A stretch of 43,200 nucleotides of DNA from Methanosarcinales archaeon (GTDB lineage: Archaea; Halobacteriota; Methanosarcinia; Methanosarcinales; Methanogasteraceae), in the NCBI GenBank assembly GCA_030625165.1, contig DAOURL010000002.1:1-43200 (forward strand), given 5' to 3'. Within the stretch, counting starts at the first letter, position 1, and the number at the start of each line of letters is the position of its first letter. Of this stretch, positions 1-8,078 are shown in pieces. Under the pieces are notes generated by a model that was not told where the DNA came from, ran no database searches, and was given only the letters and a program-made list of their open reading frames with translations. The position numbers and the translations under genes are program-made.

Positions 1-471
1 CCCGATCCGTCCCACGCTGGCTTTGTCTTTCGGACCCGGCTTGATCCGGCAGTCGTAGACCGATAATTCCTCAAAATCCGTCACGATGGACAATGGCAGT
101 TTTGCGCTCCATGCGTACCGCCTCAGTTGGTATGCAGGGCTAATGTCCTGTTTTATGTTTACAGATGGTTTCTTCGCTTCGACAAAGAACTTCCTCTGAC
201 CTCCGATTCTGAAACTGTAATCCGGCGCTCTGGTCGAACGCCCCACCTTTATCGCATCCTCGTGAACAACGTCCTTATACTGTTCTGCGTGACCTTGCTT
301 ATTGCTCACATCCCAGCCCAGAGCTTCAAAGAACGGGTTAATAAATTCCTGCCTTACCTGCGTTTCGTTATATGTTGGCTTTTTGTAGACGTCAAGATTA
401 TACCTGAACCGCTCAACAAGTTTCTTGACCTTCTCTTTTGCTTGATCTTTCATTCCACCCTCCAGCATCAT
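1..471 (-). CDS. Type IIG restriction-modification enzyme / PglX-like N6-adenine DNA methyltransferase, N-terminal part only (gene runs off the window)
   Basis: Reverse-strand translation from the ATG at 471 (absent from the ORF track because the frame leaves the window): MMLEGGMKDQAKEKVKKLVERFRYNLDVYKKPTYNETQVRQEFINPFFEALGWDVSNKQG..APDYSFRIGGQRKFFVEAKKPSVNI..AYQLRRYAWSAKLPLSIVTDFEELSVYDC. The ETQVRQEFINPFFxALGWDV / PDY..FFVEAKKP / QLRRYAW block is the PD-(D/E)xK head typical of Eco57I/MmeI-like type IIG enzymes and BREX PglX. Confidence 0.6.
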   Translation of the reverse strand, partial: MMLEGGMKDQAKEKVKKLVERFRYNLDVYKKPTYNETQVRQEFINPFFEALGWDVSNKQGHAEQYKDVVHEDAIKVGRSTRAPDYSFRIGGQRKFFVEAKKPSVNIKQDISPAYQLRRYAWSAKLPLSIVTDFEELSVYDCRIKPGPKDKASVGRIG

Positions 472-588
472 ATTGGAAATGGTAAGCCATGAGTCATTAT
501 AGTTACTGTAGAATCGTACGGATTTTTTCCCGAAACCATCCGGCAAGAAAAGAAGAATATGACGCCACCTCCACAGTAACATCTCAGG

Positions 589-724
589 TCATCGCAGAAA
601 AAGGGTTGTTTGATGAAAATTGATCATGCCAGTGGGTGCAGATGCGATCGCTCGCTTGCCGTAGACTACCGCGTGAACGCCCGAAGAGATATATTTTTCC
701 GGGTGCAGAGCAGGTTGTGGTCAT
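589..724 (-). pseudogene. Mevalonate kinase (GHMP kinase) 5' fragment, frameshifted and truncated
   Basis: Reverse strand reads GGAGATAAC-ATG then MTTTCSAPGKIYLFG. After one extra nucleotide the next frame reads VHAVVYGKRAIASAP..stop. SAPGKIxLFGEHAVVYGxxAIA is the canonical mevalonate kinase N-terminus. Only about 30 codons of similarity remain. Confidence 0.5.
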
Positions 725-804
725 GTTATCTCCATTCTCGCATCATGGTATTTCTTCTGCCGTTCGAGCATCGTTTGCTTTTTGTATCGGGGATCAGGAA
801 TTAC

Positions 805-1608
805 CTATTTTTTTTCAGATATTCTTTCATTCAGATATTCTTTTAAATGGTTTTGAATTTTCCGTATATCTTCAGTATCAGGCAGGTCAGCAATGATCTT
901 CTCAATAATCCGCCTTTGTTGAATCTGAAGGAATGCCTGGGTAAAATTGATGTCAAATATCCAACCCAGTTGCAGGAGTTTCATATCATTAAATGTTTTC
1001 AACTCATGGGAATTTGAAACCCGGTTGTTAAGGATATCTTCAACAAAGCAAAGTGAATATTCCGGCGTATCAGGAAGTTCAAGCTCCAATGCAGGGTTGC
1101 GATGCTCATGACGTTTTCCATAATAGTTCGTCACAACCCGCCATATATCCAATTTGTCCGCATCCCGTACTAATTTTGAATACAGTAAACAATCGGGGGT
1201 TTCGCAAGCGGTATCGGGAAGTTTACGCACATTGTGGTAGCCTATAGCTTTGTAAGCGATGGAACGTTGTGTTTCTGTGAGCCGGCTTAATACGCCTGTT
1301 TCTTCTAAAACCTTCAGCCCAAGAGTTGCGTGGTTCTCCGATACTTTGTCATTAAAAGTGCCATAAGTCCTGAATTGTTCAAAGCGACCTATGTCGTGAA
1401 ATAATGCGATGGTATCAGCCAGACAAAGTGCATTTTTATTGAGATCCAGGGCTTTGCATAGCTGAAGGATCTCCTTACAAACACGTAGCGAGTGTTCTTC
1501 TTTAAGTCTGATATTCTTCTGGATTCTTGGATCTTCCGAGTAAAAACCTTTTACGTAATTTCGAAACCATGAATGGAAAAAGGCAGTGTCCACATTATTC
1601 TCTATCAT
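805..1608 (-). CDS. HD-domain metal-dependent phosphohydrolase
   Basis: 267 aa with H..HD (EEHSLRV..ALFHDIGR) and a downstream RDADKLD motif. AT-richer than the neighbouring operon. Confidence 0.8.
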   Translation of the reverse strand: MIENNVDTAFFHSWFRNYVKGFYSEDPRIQKNIRLKEEHSLRVCKEILQLCKALDLNKNALCLADTIALFHDIGRFEQFRTYGTFNDKVSENHATLGLKVLEETGVLSRLTETQRSIAYKAIGYHNVRKLPDTACETPDCLLYSKLVRDADKLDIWRVVTNYYGKRHEHRNPALELELPDTPEYSLCFVEDILNNRVSNSHELKTFNDMKLLQLGWIFDINFTQAFLQIQQRRIIEKIIADLPDTEDIRKIQNHLKEYLNERISEKK

Positions 1609-1648
1609 GTCTATCCTTCTTGTTGTTCAGCTCTTTTCATCTACACTT

Positions 1649-1915
1649 CTATCTCGCCTTACGATTCGCTGAGCCATTTGACTGCCTCACCATCCTCACG
1701 GAATAAACATCCTCGCAACTAACATCCAACCAGTCGAAACTCCCGGATTCCATGACAAGCTGCATAAGTTCTTGAGTGGAGATCTCGTCAGTCAGAACCG
1801 AGATAGTCTTTAACTCCCGCCGCGCTATCACGAAAGCCGCGAAGATCTCGACTTCTGCACGTTCCTGAGGTGCCATATTATCAAGTAATTGTGAGAGCTT
1901 TTTTGATACAGGCAT
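1649..1915 (-). CDS. Small hypothetical protein (antitoxin-like tail), co-oriented 40 nt upstream of the HD gene
   Basis: 88-aa ORF preceded by GAGGTGA 5 nt before the ATG and an ATTTAAAC TATA-like box further upstream. The C-terminal SFDWLD..EDVYS resembles small addiction-module components. No firm family assignment. Confidence 0.4.
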   Translation of the reverse strand: MPVSKKLSQLLDNMAPQERAEVEIFAAFVIARRELKTISVLTDEISTQELMQLVMESGSFDWLDVSCEDVYSVRMVRQSNGSANRKAR

Positions 1916-2011
1916 AATTCACCTCTCTATCATTATTTCCTAAATAATTTACCTTTACGCCACAATGGTTTAAATGATGCATTTGCCTGCCCGACTATAC
2001 CACCCACAAAA

Positions 2012-3775
2012 TCAACCACCGCCTTTCGCGACCCCGATCAGCTGTTTCGTGTACGGGTGCTCAGGACTTGCGATGACACGGTGCGCTGGCGCGTTTTCCA
2101 CGATCTTGCCACCATGCAACACCGCGATCCGGTCGCTCACCTTGCGTGCAACCCCGATGTCGTGGGTCACAAAGAGCATGGAGATGCCACGCTCGTTCTG
2201 CAGGTCGAGGAGGAGTCGCAGAACCTTTGCCTGGACGCTCGGGTCGAGGAAAGACGTCGATTCATCCGCGATGAGCAGGTCCGGCGCAAGTATCAGCGCA
2301 CGTGCTATAGCCACCCGCTGCAACTCACCTCCGCTTAATTCATGCGGATATTTCTGCAGAAAATACTCATCATCCGGCAGCTGCACCTCTCGAAGCGCGC
2401 TTTCGATCCTACCCCCGGATTCGTCATCAAATTCGTCGTGTATGTGTAGAGGCTCCGCAATCGCCTCAAACACCGTGAACCTGTGACTGATCGAGTCTCT
2501 TGGTGACTGGTAGACGATCCCAACCGTTTTTGCAAGCTCTTTCCGGTCGATATCCGAAACCCTCCTTCCCCGAAAGAGAATCTCCCCGCCATCCGGCTTG
2601 ATCGTGCCTGCGATCGTATATGCAAGCGTGGTCTTCCCGGATCCGGTCTCGCCCACGAGTGCGAGGATTTCCCCCTCGTCGAGAGTGAGAGAGACATCAC
2701 TCAGGACCCGGAGGTCATTATACGACTTCGAGATGTCTTTCACAGATATCATGGTCGCTATGCCGCCGCGGTGGCAGACGACATAACCATCCCGGTCGGT
2801 GCCATCCATACCACCTGCAGCATCCCTACCGCCCACACCACCCGTACCATCCCTGCCCCTCGGCGTTGCGCATGGTTGCTTCTGCGAGCAGACACCGATC
2901 GATTGCGTGCATCTCGGCTGGAAGATGCAGCTGCAACGCCCGCTTGACCGGGAAAACATGGATGGCGGAACACCTCTCACGCCTGCAAGGTCCTTAGCAC
3001 GCTCCATCATCGGAAACGACCGGACGAGCGCACGGGTGTACGGATGGCGTGGCGCATCCAGGAGTTCATGGGATGGCAGGGATTCGAGAATGCTACCGAA
3101 ATAGAGCACTTCGCAGCGACAAGAGCATAATGGAACAAAGGAGAGATCATGGGTTATCAGAAGCACTGCCTTACCTGCATCCACCTGTTCGTTTATCACC
3201 TTTGCAAGGTATGATTTCGTGATCGCATCGACAGACGCAACAGGTTCGTCGAGCACGAGGATTCCCGGGTCTGTGATCAGCGCCATCGCCATCAGGACCC
3301 GTTGCCGCTCCCCGGCACTGATCTGATGCGGGTACAGGACATCGCGCCCCTCTTTTATCTTTAGGTAATCGAGCATACTTCTGGATCTGTCCAGTGCGGA
3401 ACTCCTGGATTCTCCGTTCTTGATCAGCGGTTCGGCGATCTGATCGATGATCCGGTGAACCGGGTTTAGCACGTCCCCATAATTCTGAAACACGATGGCG
3501 ATCTCGTTCCACCGGATCGTTTCCATCTCCGAATCGGAAAGACCGGATATATCGGTGCCGCCCACGAGGACCTGCCCGGTCATCACAGCGCTTGGTGCCA
3601 GGAGTTTCATGGATGCGAGTGCGAGCGTCGATTTTCCGGAACCTGACTCCCCGACCACAGAAACGCACTCGCCCTCATTTATTTTAATAGATATGTTGTC
3701 CAGAGCAGTTGCACAGTCATCAGGCGAACCTGATACCCTGTACTGCACATTAAGATTCTTAAATTGGAGTGGCAT
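2012..3775 (-). CDS. Fused double ATPase of a Dpp/Opp/Nik-type ABC importer (DppD-DppF fusion)
   Basis: 587 aa with two Walker A motifs (GESGSGKST, GETGSGKTT), two signature motifs (ISAGERQR, LSGGELQR) and two oligopeptide-type HPYT boxes (RHPYTRAL, EHPYTKQL). The halves are joined by a Gly/Asp-rich linker. Confidence 0.9.
   Translation of the reverse strand: MPLQFKNLNVQYRVSGSPDDCATALDNISIKINEGECVSVVGESGSGKSTLALASMKLLAPSAVMTGQVLVGGTDISGLSDSEMETIRWNEIAIVFQNYGDVLNPVHRIIDQIAEPLIKNGESRSSALDRSRSMLDYLKIKEGRDVLYPHQISAGERQRVLMAMALITDPGILVLDEPVASVDAITKSYLAKVINEQVDAGKAVLLITHDLSFVPLCSCRCEVLYFGSILESLPSHELLDAPRHPYTRALVRSFPMMERAKDLAGVRGVPPSMFSRSSGRCSCIFQPRCTQSIGVCSQKQPCATPRGRDGTGGVGGRDAAGGMDGTDRDGYVVCHRGGIATMISVKDISKSYNDLRVLSDVSLTLDEGEILALVGETGSGKTTLAYTIAGTIKPDGGEILFRGRRVSDIDRKELAKTVGIVYQSPRDSISHRFTVFEAIAEPLHIHDEFDDESGGRIESALREVQLPDDEYFLQKYPHELSGGELQRVAIARALILAPDLLIADESTSFLDPSVQAKVLRLLLDLQNERGISMLFVTHDIGVARKVSDRIAVLHGGKIVENAPAHRVIASPEHPYTKQLIGVAKGGG
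2786..2857 (-). repeat. Imperfect 27-bp in-frame tandem repeat forming the inter-domain linker of the fused ABC ATPase
   Basis: The minus strand encodes GRDGTGGVG / GRDAAGGMD / GTDRDG. Units span 2857-2831, 2830-2804 and 2803-2786. Confidence 0.6.
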
Positions 3776-4616
3776 TGTTCCTCCTCAGTCTCGGATCGAA
3801 TATCTCTTCTATAGCGTAAGATATGAATCCAAGCGAGATGATAAGCAGTGAAAGTGCGATAACTGGTGGAAGCAGCCAGTTGAACCAGACATCGAGATAC
3901 AGGTAGCGCATCGCATAACTCATCATGATCCCGAGACTTTTTGTGGTTGGATCGAATATTCCGAGGAACGATAAACCGGCTTCCATGAAGACCGCGATCC
4001 GGGCTTTTGTGACAAACCCCATCGCATACAGCGGAAAGAGTTCTGGCATGACATGCCTGTACATGATATAACTCGTCGGTGCGCCCGCGTTCTTTGCAGC
4101 TTTTACATACAGTTTCGTCTTAAGTGAGAGCGTTTGTGCCCGCACCCCTCTTGCTGTGGTCTGCCATAGCACAAGCGAGAGCGCAATTATCAGAACGGTG
4201 GTGGACGGCTTGAAGTACGCTGCAATCAGTATCAGTATCATGATCGTTGGTATCGCAAGCAGGGCATCAGCGATTCTCATGACGACCATGTCATACATCC
4301 CGCCGATCAACGCGGCAGAGACGCCGAGTACGAGCCCGATCGTGCAGGCGATGGCTGCAACCGCTATTCCGAAGAGAATCGAGGTTCGAAGTGACCATAC
4401 GAGTTCGCTATATATGTCATAACCGATATCATTGGTTCCGAGTGGATGTTCCCAAGATGGTGGCTGGAACGCCGGGGCTGAGTAATCCCATGGATCGTGT
4501 GGTGCGATTACCGGGGCAAGGATCGCTGTTGTGATCAGTAACAAGATGAGCATGAGTCCGGCAACACCAATTTTATCCTTTTTAAACTCTTTAAATGGTT
4601 TAATATGCATTTTCAA
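3759..4616 (-). CDS. ABC transporter permease, DppC/OppC/NikC type
   Basis: 285 aa, multi-TM, with a typical BPD-type permease core. Overlaps both neighbouring genes of the operon. Confidence 0.9.
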   Translation of the reverse strand: MKMHIKPFKEFKKDKIGVAGLMLILLLITTAILAPVIAPHDPWDYSAPAFQPPSWEHPLGTNDIGYDIYSELVWSLRTSILFGIAVAAIACTIGLVLGVSAALIGGMYDMVVMRIADALLAIPTIMILILIAAYFKPSTTVLIIALSLVLWQTTARGVRAQTLSLKTKLYVKAAKNAGAPTSYIMYRHVMPELFPLYAMGFVTKARIAVFMEAGLSFLGIFDPTTKSLGIMMSYAMRYLYLDVWFNWLLPPVIALSLLIISLGFISYAIEEIFDPRLRRNNATPI

Positions 4617-5574
4617 CCCTCGGATCGATCTTTTTATACATCAGGTCCACAACAATGTTTATCAGGAGTACCATAAGTACTGATACCGTGAGAATCCCTT
4701 GCATCAGCGGAAGATCACGGTTTGATATCGCACTGTACGTCAGAAGCCCGAGCCCCGGGTACGCAAAGATAGTTTCGATGAAAAGCGCGCCCGTTATGAG
4801 GTATGCTAGCCTGATACCGATCCTTGTTGCGAACGGGAGTATCGCATTCCTTGCAGCGTGAAGATACTTTATCCTGCGCTTTTTGATGCCCTTTGCACGG
4901 GCTGTGAGCACGTAGGGCTCGCGAATCGTGAGCATCATGCTGTTTCTGATCAGGAGATAGTCGCCAGGAATCATAGAGAGCGTGAGCGTTGCAAGCGGCA
5001 GCACAAGGTGCCATAAGACGTCCTTGATATGCCCGATGCCCTCTACACTCGAGTACGGCGTCATTGCGCCTGCACTCGGAAACCATCCGAAGTACAGACA
5101 GAATACCGTGAGCGCTATGATGCCGAGTGCAATAGACGGGATGCCGTCGAGTAGCAGCATGAATGTGAGGAGCGCTTCGTCGAACCGTCCGCCGCGCCGC
5201 CACGAACTCTCAACGCCGAGCACGATTCCCGCGACGGCTGACAGAATAAACGAGGTACCCACAAGAAGCAGCGTCCACGGCAGAGCACCCATTATGAGAT
5301 CCGCGGTGGATGCGTGGCAGATGTATGAATATCCGAGATCTCCGTGTGCGAGCTGTGTGATGTATGCCAGAAACTGCTCATGAAGCGGCAGGTCGAGCCC
5401 ATGCATCCGGACGAGTTCCGCATACATCTCTTCAGTCATCGCTATCTCGTGACCGCTGTACATCGCAATTATCGCGTCGCCGGGCAGAAGCCGCGGTAAC
5501 AGGAAATTGAGGAAGAGGAGGAAAAGTATGGTCAGCAGATATGCTGCGACCATCTTCACCGCTCTTTTTCGCAT
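4600..5574 (-). CDS. ABC transporter permease, DppB/OppB/NikB type
   Basis: 324 aa, multi-TM, in operon position between the binding protein and the second permease. Confidence 0.9.
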   Translation of the reverse strand: MRKRAVKMVAAYLLTILFLLFLNFLLPRLLPGDAIIAMYSGHEIAMTEEMYAELVRMHGLDLPLHEQFLAYITQLAHGDLGYSYICHASTADLIMGALPWTLLLVGTSFILSAVAGIVLGVESSWRRGGRFDEALLTFMLLLDGIPSIALGIIALTVFCLYFGWFPSAGAMTPYSSVEGIGHIKDVLWHLVLPLATLTLSMIPGDYLLIRNSMMLTIREPYVLTARAKGIKKRRIKYLHAARNAILPFATRIGIRLAYLITGALFIETIFAYPGLGLLTYSAISNRDLPLMQGILTVSVLMVLLINIVVDLMYKKIDPRVENAY

Positions 5575-5575
5575 T

Positions 5576-7324
5576 TTAGGGCTTCCTTTTGGAGAGTTTT
5601 ATCTGCAAGGTCACGAATGCCATTAGAATTGCTATCATTGCCAAACCCGGCGCGATCGGGGTCGACTGTGCAGCAGTTCCCGTTTCTATGGCTGTTGTTT
5701 CTGCGGTTTCCACGCCCGTGCTGGCGCCATCCCCGATCAGAGCGAACTTGTTCTGCGGGATCGGGATTCCTTTGGCGATTCCTCCGATCGTGTAGAACCA
5801 CTCGACTCCGGCATCAGGATCGTACGCGTAGTAGCTTGTCGGGTAATAGAGTGAGATTGCGGGAAGCTCCCTTGCGTAGACGTTCTGCGCCTCATAGACC
5901 GCCGCACGCCTCTTTGCAGGATCCATCTCATGCATCAGATCATCAAAGAGGTTGTTTAACTCCTCGCTCTCGTTGTATCGTGCTGTATTCGGACTCGGCT
6001 TGGACCCTGGAACCTGTATAGTCATTTCATAGAGGATCTTCGGATCGCCGCCGATGGCGCCATGTCCTGAGATTGCGAGATCAAAGTCCTGGTTGACCAC
6101 CTTTGTGTCGACCACCTTTGTGTCAAGGGAGGTCAGATCGATCCGTATCCCAACTTTTTCGAGCTGGTTTTTGAGGATCTCCCCGTCCCTGTCAGGTGTG
6201 GGCTGTCCACCGACACCGATCATCGAGATGAGCACCTGAAGTTCCAGCGGCTTGCCGTCCTTTGTGAAGACACCATCCTCCATGACATAGCCTAGCGTTG
6301 AGATCATTTCCTTCGCCTTATCAGGGTTGTACGGGTAGTTGGGAACATTCGGGCTTGCCCACACGCTCTCGCTTGAGATCAGTCCGTAACTTGCAGGCTT
6401 TCCGTGCCCTCTTAAGGATTTATCCACAAACTCATCCTGGTTGATCGCATAGCAAAGAGCCTGCCTGAATACGATATTATCAAGCGGCTCTCTGTTGTGG
6501 TTGATCATCAGTTTCTTGTTCCAGTAATGCGGACCCTCTATCACGACGAACCCGCGCGCTCTCATGGTATCCACCATATCGGGTTTCACATCAGCAAAAT
6601 CGACCTCGCCGTTCTGAAGAGCCATCTGCGGGTCGCCGGTCTTCACATAGATCAGCCGGTCAATGATCGGTCTTCCGAGATGATACTCGTCGAATGCCTC
6701 GTACCGGTAGGTTCCGTGCTCCTTATTGAAATCGGCGTACTTGAAAGGACCGCACCCCATGAATGCACCATCCCCCACAAAGTCCATCGGGTTTGCGACG
6801 TTTTTCCAGATGTGTTCTGGCAGAATCGGCATCGTGCCGCCGATATCCTCCATAAACGGCGCGTACGGGCTGCTCATGTATATCTTAACCGTGTGCGGAT
6901 CTATTACTTCTGCCCGGTCCACACTATCGAGAACAACCCACCCATAAGGATGCTCCTTCATGTACGCTATGGTGAAGGCGACATCATCGGCAGTCACTGG
7001 CTCACCGTCGTGCCACTTTGCATTCTCTGCCAGATTAAAGACGTAAACGTCTTCTTCGGGTGAGTATTCCCAGTCTTCTGCCAGCAAGGGAATCGGACCT
7101 GCGGTCTCGTTCTTCCATACAAGCGTATCAAAGATGAAATGCATCCTCACGTATCCGGGTCCCCGTGCATAAGAAAGATACGGGGACGGATTTCCCCAAT
7201 CGCCTGTTTTATCTGCGATCCTGACCTCTCGCTCCGCAGCAGCACTGATTGCGGGCGTGAGCAGACAGAGGCACATTATTACAGATGCAATCAGTATCAC
7301 TGATGCGATCAGTATCCGTTTCAT
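5576..7324 (-). CDS. Family-5 solute-binding protein (DppA/OppA/NikA-like), membrane anchored
   Basis: Long SBP_bac_5-like body with an N-terminal signal/TM segment and a C-terminal Thr/Ala-rich linker plus TM anchor (archaeal style). I prefer the ATG at 7324 (MKRILIAS..). It forms an ATGA stop/start overlap with fmdE. Confidence 0.85.
   Translation of the reverse strand: MKRILIASVILIASVIMCLCLLTPAISAAAEREVRIADKTGDWGNPSPYLSYARGPGYVRMHFIFDTLVWKNETAGPIPLLAEDWEYSPEEDVYVFNLAENAKWHDGEPVTADDVAFTIAYMKEHPYGWVVLDSVDRAEVIDPHTVKIYMSSPYAPFMEDIGGTMPILPEHIWKNVANPMDFVGDGAFMGCGPFKYADFNKEHGTYRYEAFDEYHLGRPIIDRLIYVKTGDPQMALQNGEVDFADVKPDMVDTMRARGFVVIEGPHYWNKKLMINHNREPLDNIVFRQALCYAINQDEFVDKSLRGHGKPASYGLISSESVWASPNVPNYPYNPDKAKEMISTLGYVMEDGVFTKDGKPLELQVLISMIGVGGQPTPDRDGEILKNQLEKVGIRIDLTSLDTKVVDTKVVNQDFDLAISGHGAIGGDPKILYEMTIQVPGSKPSPNTARYNESEELNNLFDDLMHEMDPAKRRAAVYEAQNVYARELPAISLYYPTSYYAYDPDAGVEWFYTIGGIAKGIPIPQNKFALIGDGASTGVETAETTAIETGTAAQSTPIAPGLAMIAILMAFVTLQIKLSKRKP
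6095..6124 (-). repeat. Perfect 2 x 15-bp in-frame tandem duplication inside the binding-protein gene
   Basis: GACCACCTTTGTGTC occurs twice back to back and encodes DTKVVDTKVV. Confidence 0.9.
7284..7319 (-). repeat. 2 x 18-bp in-frame tandem duplication in the signal peptide of the binding protein
   Basis: GATGCAATCAGTATCACT / GATGCGATCAGTATCCGT (15/18 identical) encodes ILIASVILIASV. Confidence 0.8.
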
Positions 7325-7926
7325 CCCATCAACTCCTCGAAACACGGGATGCAGTGTGGTGCACCGTCCAGAAGCCGGATCCGCGTCTCCATCACAGGTT
7401 CGCCGCAGCTATCGCAGCATACCGATTCGTGGATATGCGCCATCGGTAGCGGTTCTGGAGTGATCACCTCTATGCTCAGAAGATCCGCTTCCGGGAGATC
7501 CAATAGCGCATTGCTTTTTTCGATGTGCAACCGCTTGAACTCCTCCATTTCAGCAGGAGTTGCTGTTTTCTCTTTGACTTTGGCGAAGAGGTCCAGATGA
7601 TGTTTGTCCGTTATGACTGCCTCTTCCTTGACGGAAATCCTAATTGCCTTCTGGTTTTCACGGTTCATGAATGTATAGACGTATTTGCCAAAATCCTTGA
7701 AGATCAGGTTCCCTTTACCAAACGTACATCCGGTCAGCACCTGGATGGCATCCACGCCGCAGGAGCTGTTCTCGACGATTGCAACCAATTCCTCATCCTT
7801 AGCAGGCTTCCCCAGTTCTCTCAACGCAACCAGAGAGACCCGCAGTCCCATCGCAAGTCCGGGACACTGGTGTCCGTGAAACCGGATAGCAGTCTCGAGT
7901 AGGGATTTAGTATCAGTAGAGTCCAT
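7321..7926 (-). CDS. FmdE/FwdE-domain protein with C-terminal zinc ribbon
   Basis: The N-terminal AIRFHGHQCPGLAMG motif is characteristic of the formylmethanofuran dehydrogenase subunit E domain. The C-terminus has CDSCGE...CIPC. It is the first gene of the ABC operon. Confidence 0.85.
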   Translation of the reverse strand: MDSTDTKSLLETAIRFHGHQCPGLAMGLRVSLVALRELGKPAKDEELVAIVENSSCGVDAIQVLTGCTFGKGNLIFKDFGKYVYTFMNRENQKAIRISVKEEAVITDKHHLDLFAKVKEKTATPAEMEEFKRLHIEKSNALLDLPEADLLSIEVITPEPLPMAHIHESVCCDSCGEPVMETRIRLLDGAPHCIPCFEELMG

Positions 7927-7993
7927 ATCCTACGCTACTTATTGATACTACTAAAAGTTTTTGTTGAGTGATTTAACAGGAGTCTGAGAAAGT

Positions 7994-8001
7994 TTTATAT
8001 A
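7994..8001 (+). promoter_or_regulatory. TATA box candidate for the S-layer-type gene
   Basis: AAAG-TTTATATA lies about 78 nt upstream of the ATG at 8079. GAGGT lies about 15 nt upstream of the start. Confidence 0.4.
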
Positions 8002-8078
8002 GCATGAAATTATTGTGCTTTGGAAGTAGCAGTAATAACTACTATAGATGTAGTAAAAGCGTATGAGGTATAAATAAA

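Noticed and set aside
127-492. 121-aa + strand ORF at the left edge
   Set aside because: It is antisense to a frame with a strong, recognisable type IIG/PglX N-terminal signature. Its own sequence is low-complexity and hydrophobic with no motif.
610-896. Two overlapping + strand ORFs (78 and 86 aa)
   Set aside because: They have no SD or TATA context. They lie opposite the mvk fragment and overlap the 3' end of the HD gene. They are most likely chance frames.
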